DNA of 17,713 nucleotides from Candidatus Hermodarchaeota archaeon (GCA_016839365.1 JAEOUH010000057.1:1-17713); one strand, 5' to 3'; shown: positions 1 to 8,229, counted from the stretch's first letter. Notes: generated by a model from the sequence alone, not told the origin. Program-made: numbers and translations.

Positions 1-11
1 GGCAGAGAGAA

Positions 12-1379
12 TTGAGTAGGCGAGTGAAGTGTCGGGAAGCGTGCATTGTCGTAGTTGTGTCCCTCATGGTGATGGTTGCTGGGTTGGGGGGTGTCCAGCT
101 TCGAAATAGCGTTGCGAGTGCAGAGGCATCAACAGCTCCGCGGGCTGGCTCTCCGCCATTTTGGTCTACTATAATTGCGCATAATGACCAGGGTATTGTA
201 TTGTATCCTGAACGGTTAATTGAAACCGCTGATGGCGGGTATGCAGTACTGGCGTTTTCTATGGGTCATCCTGATGGGACCATATGGCTGGGTCGCTTTG
301 ATGCTCAGGGCACGCTTTTATGGGAAGAGGTTTACAAAATCGATTATTTATTTGGAGGCGGCGCACCGAAGGACGTGTGCCAGTGCGCGGATGGGGGATT
401 TGCAATTATTGGCACTACTCCGAATATTCATGGAGATATGACACATTTTCTTATTCGAACGGAACCTGATGGAATGCTTCGTTGGAAGAAGATGTTTCCC
501 CTTCTATCGGGGAATATTGATCAGGGGGGTTGTTCGGTCATGGAATGCGGAGACGGGGGATTTGTTATGACTGGTTGGAGAGTAGCGGATTATTTCCTTC
601 ATCGGATAGATGCGGAAGGGAATTATCTGTGGCATCAGTTCTATTCTTCAGCGGGGAGTACTTTTGTGGATTTCGTCCATTGCGAGGATGCAGGCTTTGC
701 ACTGGCTGGGACGTACAATGGAGATTACATTGCTTTGACGCGTACCAACTCGACCGGAGGATTTCTTTGGGAACAAAACTTCACCTTTCCAGGTGCACCA
801 CTTGGTCTTACTTTTTCGGGTCTGAAACAAACAACCGATAACGGATTCATCTTGTACGGGGAAACTTTTGGTCAAGGATCAAATTCTGCGGCCTTCGATA
901 TCTATCTTCTCCGAACTGATACAAATGGCGTAATGCTTTGGAACCATACGTTCGGTGGACCACTCCATGATACCATATTTGATGTTGTCCAGTGTTCAGA
1001 TGGAGGATATGCGCTGGTTGGTGGTACCTGGCGGATCGGTGAAGACTTCAGGGATATTTTGCTGGTTCGAACAAATGTGACTGGAAACCAAGAATGGAAT
1101 TGTACGTATCCTGATTATCTTCCTAAAGGGACGTTCGGCATTGGAATCATTGAGTCAAGTCCTGGGGTATTTGTCGTGTGTGCAGATATTGTTACGGTAT
1201 GTTGTTCCAGTGTTTGGTTGTTTTCGATTCCCGATATCCCACCCCCTGATCCGAACCTTCCCTTTCTGGGTATCCCACCAGAACTAGTTCCTGCCATATT
1301 GTTTGTGATCGCCGTGGTTGCGGTAATTGTCATATTTGCTTTAGTGTGGATTTTACGTCAGCGTAGACTGGCAATCTGA
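12..1379 (+). CDS. Secreted, C-terminally membrane-anchored beta-propeller repeat protein (probably 7 blades)
   Basis: Basic N-terminus plus hydrophobic signal stretch; ~50-aa repeats of the form xDGG(F/Y)xxxG...(I/F)xLxRxDxxGxxxW (six clear, a seventh degenerate); Pro-rich linker (IPDIPPPDP); C-terminal TM helix and RQRR tail; sequons NST, NFT, NHT, NVT, NCT. TTG start is uncertain because the frame is open to the window edge. Confidence 0.8.
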   Translation: MSRRVKCREACIVVVVSLMVMVAGLGGVQLRNSVASAEASTAPRAGSPPFWSTIIAHNDQGIVLYPERLIETADGGYAVLAFSMGHPDGTIWLGRFDAQGTLLWEEVYKIDYLFGGGAPKDVCQCADGGFAIIGTTPNIHGDMTHFLIRTEPDGMLRWKKMFPLLSGNIDQGGCSVMECGDGGFVMTGWRVADYFLHRIDAEGNYLWHQFYSSAGSTFVDFVHCEDAGFALAGTYNGDYIALTRTNSTGGFLWEQNFTFPGAPLGLTFSGLKQTTDNGFILYGETFGQGSNSAAFDIYLLRTDTNGVMLWNHTFGGPLHDTIFDVVQCSDGGYALVGGTWRIGEDFRDILLVRTNVTGNQEWNCTYPDYLPKGTFGIGIIESSPGVFVVCADIVTVCCSSVWLFSIPDIPPPDPNLPFLGIPPELVPAILFVIAVVAVIVIFALVWILRQRRLAI

Positions 1380-1380
1380 A

Positions 1381-1497
1381 TTGTCGAATCGGATTGTCTT
1401 TTTGTACACTGATGGGTCGAAGGAGGAGAAGCCGTGGGCGTGGTTCCAAGAGAAGAGCCGAGAAGAGCGGGAACGCGTGAAAGCTTGGCGCGGTTAA
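1381..1497 (+). CDS. Putative 38-aa small protein MSNRIVFLYTDGSKEEKPWAWFQEKSREERERVKAWRG (not in ORF track)
   Basis: TTG begins one base after the upstream TGA, suggesting translational coupling; the same 'gaaTTG' context occurs at the starts at 12 and 9076; protein-like composition. Translated by hand. Confidence 0.4.
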   Translation: MSNRIVFLYTDGSKEEKPWAWFQEKSREERERVKAWRG

Positions 1498-1895
1498 TCA
1501 CAGAATTCTAGTGAACTCATTTCTATCGTCCTTTTTATGTTCAGAAGAGCTTAGTTGAAATTGGGAAATCCATGCGTTATCGGCTTTTCGTAAAACCCTG
1601 TTGAAGGCAAAACAATTTGTGCCCATTTGTAGGTGTCTTTTTTCTTCGTGTTTAAGCTTCCGAAATAGCTGATACTCGCCCACCTCCATGAAAGTGAATT
1701 TACGTGAGTAGTGTGGCTAATTGGGGTTCTTCACTGAGGGTGAATAATGTTCATGTTATTAACTCCTTCAAGAAGAGGCACTATTCTAATATCGGGGAAA
1801 GGGAGTAGTAGGAGAGGAACGCACTGAGTTAGTATGCGTCATGGTTAGGATTCCAAAGGCCAGGAAGGATCAGTCATGACGTGGAGGTGTTATAG

Positions 1896-2960
1896 GTGGT
1901 AAAAGATAAGCGGAGACGATCTAGCCAAGTTGGGCTTCCGCCAGGCACGGCGATTTATGTGGGTGAAAGGAAACCAGAGAAAACGCGGATTTGGGTTCTC
2001 GATTATGATAAAAGACAGTACATTGCTAAGGAGCTGGAGGAAGTTGAGGAGTGTGTGAAGTACAAAGAAAGCGCACCGATGACATGGATCAGAGTGGTCG
2101 GACTTCATCAAGTAGAGATCTTAGAAAGACTGGGGGTTTGTCTTGGGTTTCACCCGCTTGTAGTTGAGGATATTCTGAACACCACACAACGACCCAAGAT
2201 TGAGGATTATGGTGAATACCTGTTTATTGTCATAAAGAATGTTAGTTATGATGAGGATACTCTTGAAGTGATTGCCAAGCAGATAAGCATCGTTTTAGGC
2301 TCAAACTTTGTTGTTTCCTTACAAGAGACTGAAGAGGCTATTTTTGAACCTATTTTGGAACGAATTCGAAACAAACGTGGAAAGATTAGGCAGATGCATA
2401 GTGATTATCTAGCCTATGCTTTGTTAGATGCAATCGTTGACAACTATTTTAGTGTCATTGAAAAATTTAGTAGCAAAATTGAGTTACTTGAAGACGAGTT
2501 AGTAGAGGATCCCACACAAAAAACCTTGAATGAGATTCACCGCTTGAAACGGGACATGATTGTCTTACGAAAATCTATTTGGCCAATTCGCGAAGTGATC
2601 AGTCATTTGGATCGCGGTCAGTTTAGTCTAATAAACGAAAATACCAAAATATACATTCGTGACCTTTACGATCACACAATCCAGGTAATGGAGACTGTTG
2701 AGACCTATCGAGACATGCTTTCGGGGATGCTTGACATTTACTTGTCTAGTGTCAGTAACCGAATGAATGAAGTCATGAAAGTTCTTACCGTCATCACCAC
2801 AATTTTCATTCCGTTATCATTGATTGCAGGAATTTATGGTATGAACTTCCAATTCATGCCTGAACTCGGAATCCCTTGGTCTTATCCAGTTATCATAATA
2901 GTGATGATCATTATTGGAGTATTAATGATAGCAATGTTTCGAAAAAAGAAATGGCTATGA
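1896..2960 (+). CDS. corA: Magnesium/cobalt transporter CorA
   Basis: GLPPG N-terminal motif, QRPKIEDY, MNEVMKVLT, YGMNF signature, MPEL loop, two C-terminal TM helices, KKKW end; RBS GGAGGTG at 1883-1889; GTG start. Confidence 0.96.
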   Translation: MVKDKRRRSSQVGLPPGTAIYVGERKPEKTRIWVLDYDKRQYIAKELEEVEECVKYKESAPMTWIRVVGLHQVEILERLGVCLGFHPLVVEDILNTTQRPKIEDYGEYLFIVIKNVSYDEDTLEVIAKQISIVLGSNFVVSLQETEEAIFEPILERIRNKRGKIRQMHSDYLAYALLDAIVDNYFSVIEKFSSKIELLEDELVEDPTQKTLNEIHRLKRDMIVLRKSIWPIREVISHLDRGQFSLINENTKIYIRDLYDHTIQVMETVETYRDMLSGMLDIYLSSVSNRMNEVMKVLTVITTIFIPLSLIAGIYGMNFQFMPELGIPWSYPVIIIVMIIIGVLMIAMFRKKKWL

Positions 2961-3209
2961 AAAAAAGGAGATCCTGGATGTTTCAGCTGTACCAATAAAA
3001 TTATTCTCACTTATCCTGACAAGTCAAAAAATGAGAAGCCTTGGAATCGGTTTCAGCAGAAAAGCTGTAAAGAGTCGAACTGCGTGAAGACCTGGCGTGG
3101 GTAACTCTGGTAAGTTCCTTAGAGTTATAGCACCCTTTTCCAATCACTGGTTAGTGCTATTATTTGTTAGAGGCGTTTGGAATTCGTAGCATTAGGAGAA
3201 TTGATTGAA

Positions 3210-3611
3210 ATGAAGAAGGCAAGAGAAATTACCGAAGAAGAATGGAAGGAGAATCTGTCAAAAGAAGAGTATCATGTGTTGCGCGAGAAGGGGACAGAAC
3301 GCGCGTTTTCGGGTAAGTATTGGAACCATAAGGAGAAGGGAACCTACAAGTGTGCGGGTTGTGGGGTGGAGCTTTTTTCATCGGATGCTAAATTTGAGTC
3401 GGGTACTGGGTGGCCGAGTTTCTATGAGGCTCTAGATAAAGACAAAATTGAGGAAAAAGTGGATCTGTCGCATGGGATGCGGCGAATCGAAGTCGTGTGC
3501 AAGAATTGTGGCGGGCATTTGGGGCACATGTTCGATGATGGACCGCGAGATAAGACTGGGTGCCGCTACTGTATTAATTCTCTCGCACTCAAATTTGAAA
3601 AGGAGAAGTAA
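3210..3611 (+). CDS. msrB: Peptide methionine-R-sulfoxide reductase MsrB (zinc-binding type)
   Basis: GTERAF, KFESGTGWPSF, HLGHMFDDGP and RYCINS motifs; two CxxC zinc pairs (CAGC, CKNC). Start moved to ATG 3210 behind a GGAG RBS. Confidence 0.96.
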   Translation: MKKAREITEEEWKENLSKEEYHVLREKGTERAFSGKYWNHKEKGTYKCAGCGVELFSSDAKFESGTGWPSFYEALDKDKIEEKVDLSHGMRRIEVVCKNCGGHLGHMFDDGPRDKTGCRYCINSLALKFEKEK

Positions 3612-3631
3612 TTCTTCTTCTTTTTTATTTT
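3612..3631 (+). terminator. Oligo-T/pyrimidine tract terminator after msrB
   Basis: ttcttcttcttttttatttt immediately follows the stop; typical archaeal U-rich terminator. Confidence 0.55.
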
Positions 3632-3722
3632 AGAAAGTGGGTTTTGGAGAAAACTTTGTGGTAGTAGAAGGCTTTTTTAGCAGAAGCGAATCATAAAGGT
3701 GACCCACTGGAGCGTGCGCCAT

Positions 3723-4877
3723 GTGCAGGTTATCTTACCTCCACCATTGAATGTCATTGTAACCTTATTGATGATTGTGATCTTTCCTGGGTTCCTCTTC
3801 CTGATGGGCTATGCCTTCTACCTGGAATGGGTGGACCGTAAATTCTATGCTGACCAACACCACCGCATTGGCCCCTTACACACGGGCTGGCGCGGCATCC
3901 TCCAACCCTTCGCTGATTTTGTCAAGCTGATGGCTAAAGAGGATATTACCCCCGCTGCAGTGGATAAGATTGGCTTCACGTTGACCCCGATTTTAGCCCT
4001 GGCGATTCCGATTTCGGTGCTGATGCTGGTGCCGATTGCCATTTCCCAGACACCCTTATTCACCGTGACGGGGATTATGTATTTTGAAGGAGATCTGTTG
4101 ATGATTGGCTTTTTCAGCACCATGTTCACTATGATGCTGTTCATCGCCGGGTGGTCGTCGTCGAACCGGTTTGGATTTACCGGTGCTATCCGGGGCGTTG
4201 TCCAGATGCTCGCCTATGAAATTCCTTTGCTACTTGCCCTCTTTGCAGCAGGGATGGTGGCAGGTAGCCTGAGTCTGACGGGCGTGGTCATTTACCAGGC
4301 CAACCTCGGCTTACCCCTGCTCTTCAACCCCGCCTTCATCGGGCTCTTCGTCGTCTTTATTATCGCAGCACAAGCTGAAGCCGAACGGATTCCCTTTGAC
4401 GCCCCCATTGCTGAAACCGAAATCGTCGGGGGCTGGGAAACCGAATTCTCCGGCAAGAAGCTAGCATTCTTCCGCCTCTCCAATAACTTTGAAGTCCTCC
4501 TCGCAGCGGCACTGGGCACGGCCGTCTTCCTAGGAGGTCCCCTGGGCCCTGAAATCTTTATGGTCTTCTTAGCTAATGGTGGCTTTGTCCACGGCGTCAC
4601 CATCAACTCGGGTCAATACATGACTTGGGTTGCAGCAAACATGCCCTTTCTGCTGAATCCTGCCCTGGCTGCTATTTACTATGCCTTCTGGTTCATCGTA
4701 AAAACTTCCATCATCGTCCTAATCCTGTCCAACATCAAAGCCCTCATGTCTCGCTGGCGAATCGACCAAATCGCCAAGTCCAGTTGGAAATGGGTCATCC
4801 CTATAAGCCTCCTCATGGTAGGTATCCTGCTAGCTTGGCCCTTCATCATGGACTGGATTATTGCTATCACCCCCTAG
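3723..4877 (+). CDS. Complex I subunit 1 family membrane protein (NuoH / MbhM / HyfC-like)
   Basis: DRK...RIGP, GILQPFADFVKLMAKE, QMLAYEIP, RIPFDAPIAETEIVGGWETEFSG, FLGG, RWRIDQ; about 8 TM helices. Probable GTG start at 3723 behind GGAG (ORF track starts at 3699). Confidence 0.92.
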   Translation: MQVILPPPLNVIVTLLMIVIFPGFLFLMGYAFYLEWVDRKFYADQHHRIGPLHTGWRGILQPFADFVKLMAKEDITPAAVDKIGFTLTPILALAIPISVLMLVPIAISQTPLFTVTGIMYFEGDLLMIGFFSTMFTMMLFIAGWSSSNRFGFTGAIRGVVQMLAYEIPLLLALFAAGMVAGSLSLTGVVIYQANLGLPLLFNPAFIGLFVVFIIAAQAEAERIPFDAPIAETEIVGGWETEFSGKKLAFFRLSNNFEVLLAAALGTAVFLGGPLGPEIFMVFLANGGFVHGVTINSGQYMTWVAANMPFLLNPALAAIYYAFWFIVKTSIIVLILSNIKALMSRWRIDQIAKSSWKWVIPISLLMVGILLAWPFIMDWIIAITP

Positions 4878-4894
4878 GAGTGTGAAACACAAAC

Positions 4895-5290
4895 ATGCCA
4901 CGACCTGGAGCAATGCAAGGCGAAATCCTCGGCACCGTACTCCGAAGAAAAACCGCCACCATCCGCTACCCCTTCCAAGAAGCCGTCCGCCCCGAACGCC
5001 TCCGCGGCAACATCGAACATGACCTCGAAAAATGCACCGGCTGCGGTCTCTGCAGCCGCGAATGCCCCGCTACCGCCATCGAAATGGTCGAATCCACCAA
5101 AACCAAAACCCAAAAGAAACCCCAATTCCGCTTTGACCGGTGCATCTGGTGTGGCACCTGCGAGGCCGTTTGCCCCAAGAAAGCGATAACAATGACGGGC
5201 AAGTTCGAGTTAGCGGCTTTCACATTGAAGGACGATCATTTGTTTGTGGTATCGGAAGATCCCGAACCAACAGAGCAAACGAAAGAATAG
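4895..5290 (+). CDS. 2x[4Fe-4S] ferredoxin-like subunit (NuoI / MbhN-like)
   Basis: TIRYP..RG motif; CTGCGLCSRECP and CIWCGTCEAVCP; GGAG RBS; 17 bp after the NuoH-like gene. Confidence 0.92.
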   Translation: MPRPGAMQGEILGTVLRRKTATIRYPFQEAVRPERLRGNIEHDLEKCTGCGLCSRECPATAIEMVESTKTKTQKKPQFRFDRCIWCGTCEAVCPKKAITMTGKFELAAFTLKDDHLFVVSEDPEPTEQTKE

Positions 5291-5391
5291 GTATTTCATT
5301 CGATTGGTGTAATCGTTGCCACCAACTTAGTAATAGGCCAAGTCCATGCGCGAGAATGATGGATTGGCATTGAGAAGAGCAAGGGGCATTC

Positions 5392-7218
5392 TCATTTTTT
5401 CTTATGCCCATAGAGCTCTTTTTTAAGTACTCTCACTTCTTTAGCCTCATTCTTTCGATCCAGGGTCTTGAGATGAGCGGCAATTTGGTCAAGGACCCAC
5501 TTTTGTAGGAGTCGGTGTCTAGAATCAGTTTGAGCCAGCGCCTTGAGCTCTTTTAGTGGATTATTCCATTTTACACCGCGGCAGTTTTCAACCCAGAGTT
5601 CGTCTTCGCCATCAAAGGTTACTGTCTCGCCCTTGGGTAGGAACCAGAGCCCTTCTATGGATGGATGGGGGTAGGCAGGTCGTAAACCAAGCATTGTTTG
5701 TATGTAGAGTTGCCCTTCGTCGACCTTGGCGAGATTGAAGGTAGGTTCTATTCCATAATAGGTGGCTTTGTAAATCCCTGTTATTTTCTGAGCTTGTTCC
5801 GGGTTGAGCGATGGGGCATTTGGGGTGGGTCCAACGGGATTCACTCGTGACATATTGAGTTCAGCTATGGGATATCTGACACCAACGTAAGTTACGCTAT
5901 ACGGCAGTTTGGATTTCTTTGATTTGAAGTTGAATCGCACACTACTCCCAGATGGCAGGACGAATCCATTTCCCTTTGGTGTTAGTTCGAATTGATCATG
6001 CCAATAGAGCGTCTCTTCTTTGTATGTGATGAGTACGGTGTTATTCCATAGCCCGGCATAGAAACCAGCAAGTTGTGAGATATCCTTGATAATGGGAGCT
6101 TCGACTTTTTCATCAAGGAACTCATTGGGTTTTCTTCGAGTAAGCGTTACACCGTGTATCTTGAGGAGCTGTTCTCGCGCTTGCGTTCCGAGCGTATGGG
6201 GGTTCTTGGTTTCTCCCGAATAATCTTCTCGATTGGTCTGGACACTTACACCAAAGTCATAGGCAGGAATCCAGTAGAAGGTGCTTCCATATCCGATTGA
6301 GCCACCGCCATGTCCTAGAATTCTCGGGGTGAACCCTCCGTAGATGTCAACGCCCAGACCATAATTGAATCCTCTGTCTTTGACGAAATGTGGGCGAATC
6401 ATCTGTTGGAAGAGATCCTTTCGAAGTACTGTCTTTCCATCATACTTACCCTCATTCAGAACGAGGACAAGAACCTTCGCAAGATCTTCTTGGCCAATCC
6501 AGACATCCCCGCAGCCATAATCTTCGGACGCACCAAATTCACACTCGTGTCTTCCAGTTTCAGTTCCTATGGCAACGTTATCTTCCTTGAGGGCTTCGCT
6601 GCTTCCATATCGAAGGGTGGTCATCCCAAGAGGTGCGCCTAGCTTCTTCTTTGTCCAATTTGGGTAGGTCATACCTGTGGCATATTGAAGCGAGTAGGCT
6701 ACGATGTCCATTCCAATGTTTGAGTAGTAGTAGCGATCATTAACTGGGGCAATCATCCAACACTCTTTGATAGATTCAACTGCGTCCTCGAAAATGTATG
6801 GGTCTTCATTACCGAAGTTTCCACCAATGCGGGGCTCTCTGGGTAAACCGGCGCGATGCGATAGAAGATGTCGGAAAGTAATCTTCTCATGTTCTCTTGG
6901 ACCATGTCTAGAGTTGATTGTAAATTGAGGCCAACGATCGATTATCTTATCATCAAGAGAAACCAGACCTTCCTGAACAGCAAGCATGAATGAGAGACCA
7001 GTGAACAACTTTGTGGTGGATCCTATCTGAAAGATTGTCTGGGTGTCCACTTGGCCAGACTTTGCCAAATCCCGATATCCAAATCCTTCCATCCAGAGGG
7101 GACCAGCACTAGTAACCACGGACATGGTGGCCCCAGGAGTGGGTCCATTCTCCACATAATTTTTCATTCGACGTTGGAGTCGTCTGATGACGGAACCATA
7201 TCGCTCTTTGTCGTTCAT
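5392..7218 (-). CDS. Serine hydrolase, beta-lactamase class C / D-peptidase (CubicO/Pab87-like) fold with C-terminal accessory domains
   Basis: IGSTTK (SxxK), LLSHRAGL, YYYSN (YxN), GHGGG triad; no signal peptide; GGTGA RBS. Confidence 0.9.
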   Translation of the reverse strand: MNDKERYGSVIRRLQRRMKNYVENGPTPGATMSVVTSAGPLWMEGFGYRDLAKSGQVDTQTIFQIGSTTKLFTGLSFMLAVQEGLVSLDDKIIDRWPQFTINSRHGPREHEKITFRHLLSHRAGLPREPRIGGNFGNEDPYIFEDAVESIKECWMIAPVNDRYYYSNIGMDIVAYSLQYATGMTYPNWTKKKLGAPLGMTTLRYGSSEALKEDNVAIGTETGRHECEFGASEDYGCGDVWIGQEDLAKVLVLVLNEGKYDGKTVLRKDLFQQMIRPHFVKDRGFNYGLGVDIYGGFTPRILGHGGGSIGYGSTFYWIPAYDFGVSVQTNREDYSGETKNPHTLGTQAREQLLKIHGVTLTRRKPNEFLDEKVEAPIIKDISQLAGFYAGLWNNTVLITYKEETLYWHDQFELTPKGNGFVLPSGSSVRFNFKSKKSKLPYSVTYVGVRYPIAELNMSRVNPVGPTPNAPSLNPEQAQKITGIYKATYYGIEPTFNLAKVDEGQLYIQTMLGLRPAYPHPSIEGLWFLPKGETVTFDGEDELWVENCRGVKWNNPLKELKALAQTDSRHRLLQKWVLDQIAAHLKTLDRKNEAKEVRVLKKELYGHKKK

Positions 7219-7362
7219 GAACTCTCACCGTCAAGGGCGAAGATATAGTTTTTGGAATTAATTTCAGCCCGAAACGGAAAGCCTATGATGGCATTTTCCA
7301 AAGAAGAACAATTGGTACAACCTGAAGATTAGATGCGCATTTAACTAATTTTCCGATCTTGA

Positions 7363-8229
7363 TTAGTGCTGTCCTTTTAATCGTTCTAAGAGCCGGTCGA
7401 CGACGTGTTGGAACGCTTGGGCGACCGGGGATTTGGCTTCGGTGACGATGAAAGGTTTACCTTCATCAGATAGTATCATAACACGTGGATCGAAGGGAAG
7501 ATCGCCAAGGAAAAAGAGGTTGAGTTCTTTGGCGGCATTTTTACCGCCACCTTTACCGAAAAGGTTGGTTATTTTGCCGCAGTGGGGGCAGTGGAAGCCG
7601 GACATGTTTTCGATGAGGCCGAGGATAGGGATGTTCATTTGGCGTACCATGATGGCGGCTTTACGGGAGTCGAGGAGGGCGACTTCTTGAGGGGTGGTAA
7701 CGATGATGACGCCGTTGAGGTCGGGGAGAAGTTGCATGATGCTTAAGGATTCGTCACCAGTGCCGGGTGGAAGGTCGATGATAAGGTAGTCGAGGTTACC
7801 CCAGTTGACTTTGGAGAGGAATTCGCTGATGACCCGCATTTTAAGAGGGCCGCGCCAGATGACAGGTGTGTCTGCGGATTGGAGGAGGAATTCCATGGAG
7901 ACGGAGAGGATATTGAGGGGCCCGATAACGGGTTCTAAACCCTTGTCGCCGCCGACCATGCGGGTGCCTTCTAATCCGAGCATTTTGGGGACGTCGGGTC
8001 CATGGATGTCAGCGTCGAGGATGCCTACGACTTGACCTTTCCAAGCGAGAGCGGTGGCGAGGTTAACGGCGATAGTAGTTTTGCCGACGCCACCTTTGCC
8101 CGAGAGAATGACGATCTTGTGTTTAACATGGCGCATTTTTTCAGCGATTTCTTGTTCAGCACTTGTCTTAGCGCCCACCAAAAGGTCTTTGGGAATTTTC
8201 CCTGATGATTTTGAAGTGTCTTTCGACAT
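7363..8229 (-). CDS. mrp: Mrp/ApbC/NBP35 family Fe-S cluster carrier ATPase
   Basis: SGKGGVGKT deviant Walker A, DADIHGP, WRGP, DLPPGTGD, VTTPQ, ENMS, CPHC; no N-terminal Cys cluster. Start taken at ATG 8229. Confidence 0.95.
   Translation of the reverse strand: MSKDTSKSSGKIPKDLLVGAKTSAEQEIAEKMRHVKHKIVILSGKGGVGKTTIAVNLATALAWKGQVVGILDADIHGPDVPKMLGLEGTRMVGGDKGLEPVIGPLNILSVSMEFLLQSADTPVIWRGPLKMRVISEFLSKVNWGNLDYLIIDLPPGTGDESLSIMQLLPDLNGVIIVTTPQEVALLDSRKAAIMVRQMNIPILGLIENMSGFHCPHCGKITNLFGKGGGKNAAKELNLFFLGDLPFDPRVMILSDEGKPFIVTEAKSPVAQAFQHVVDRLLERLKGQH

Noticed and set aside
1412-1480. Arg-rich ORF MGRRRRSRGRGSKRRAEKSGNA (eL41-like?) and overlapping GTG ORF 1434..1511
   Set aside because: Alternative frames of the same purine-rich stretch; no eL41 motif (KWRKKR); the 1381..1497 frame is more protein-like. 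The 1434 ORF has an AGGAGG upstream and cannot be fully excluded.
1498-1689. 63-aa minus-strand ORF
   Set aside because: No recognisable motif or upstream RBS; likely spurious.
1855-1875. aggccaggaaggatcag resembling SRP RNA helix 8, or a SECIS-like AAA loop
   Set aside because: Lacks the correct GNRA-closing stem and AGCAG bulge, has no AUGA/GA quartet, and I saw no in-frame UGA selenoprotein candidate in the window.
3065-3090. Minus-strand GTTCGACTC as tRNA T-arm
   Set aside because: T-stem pairs only 2 bp; no cloverleaf.
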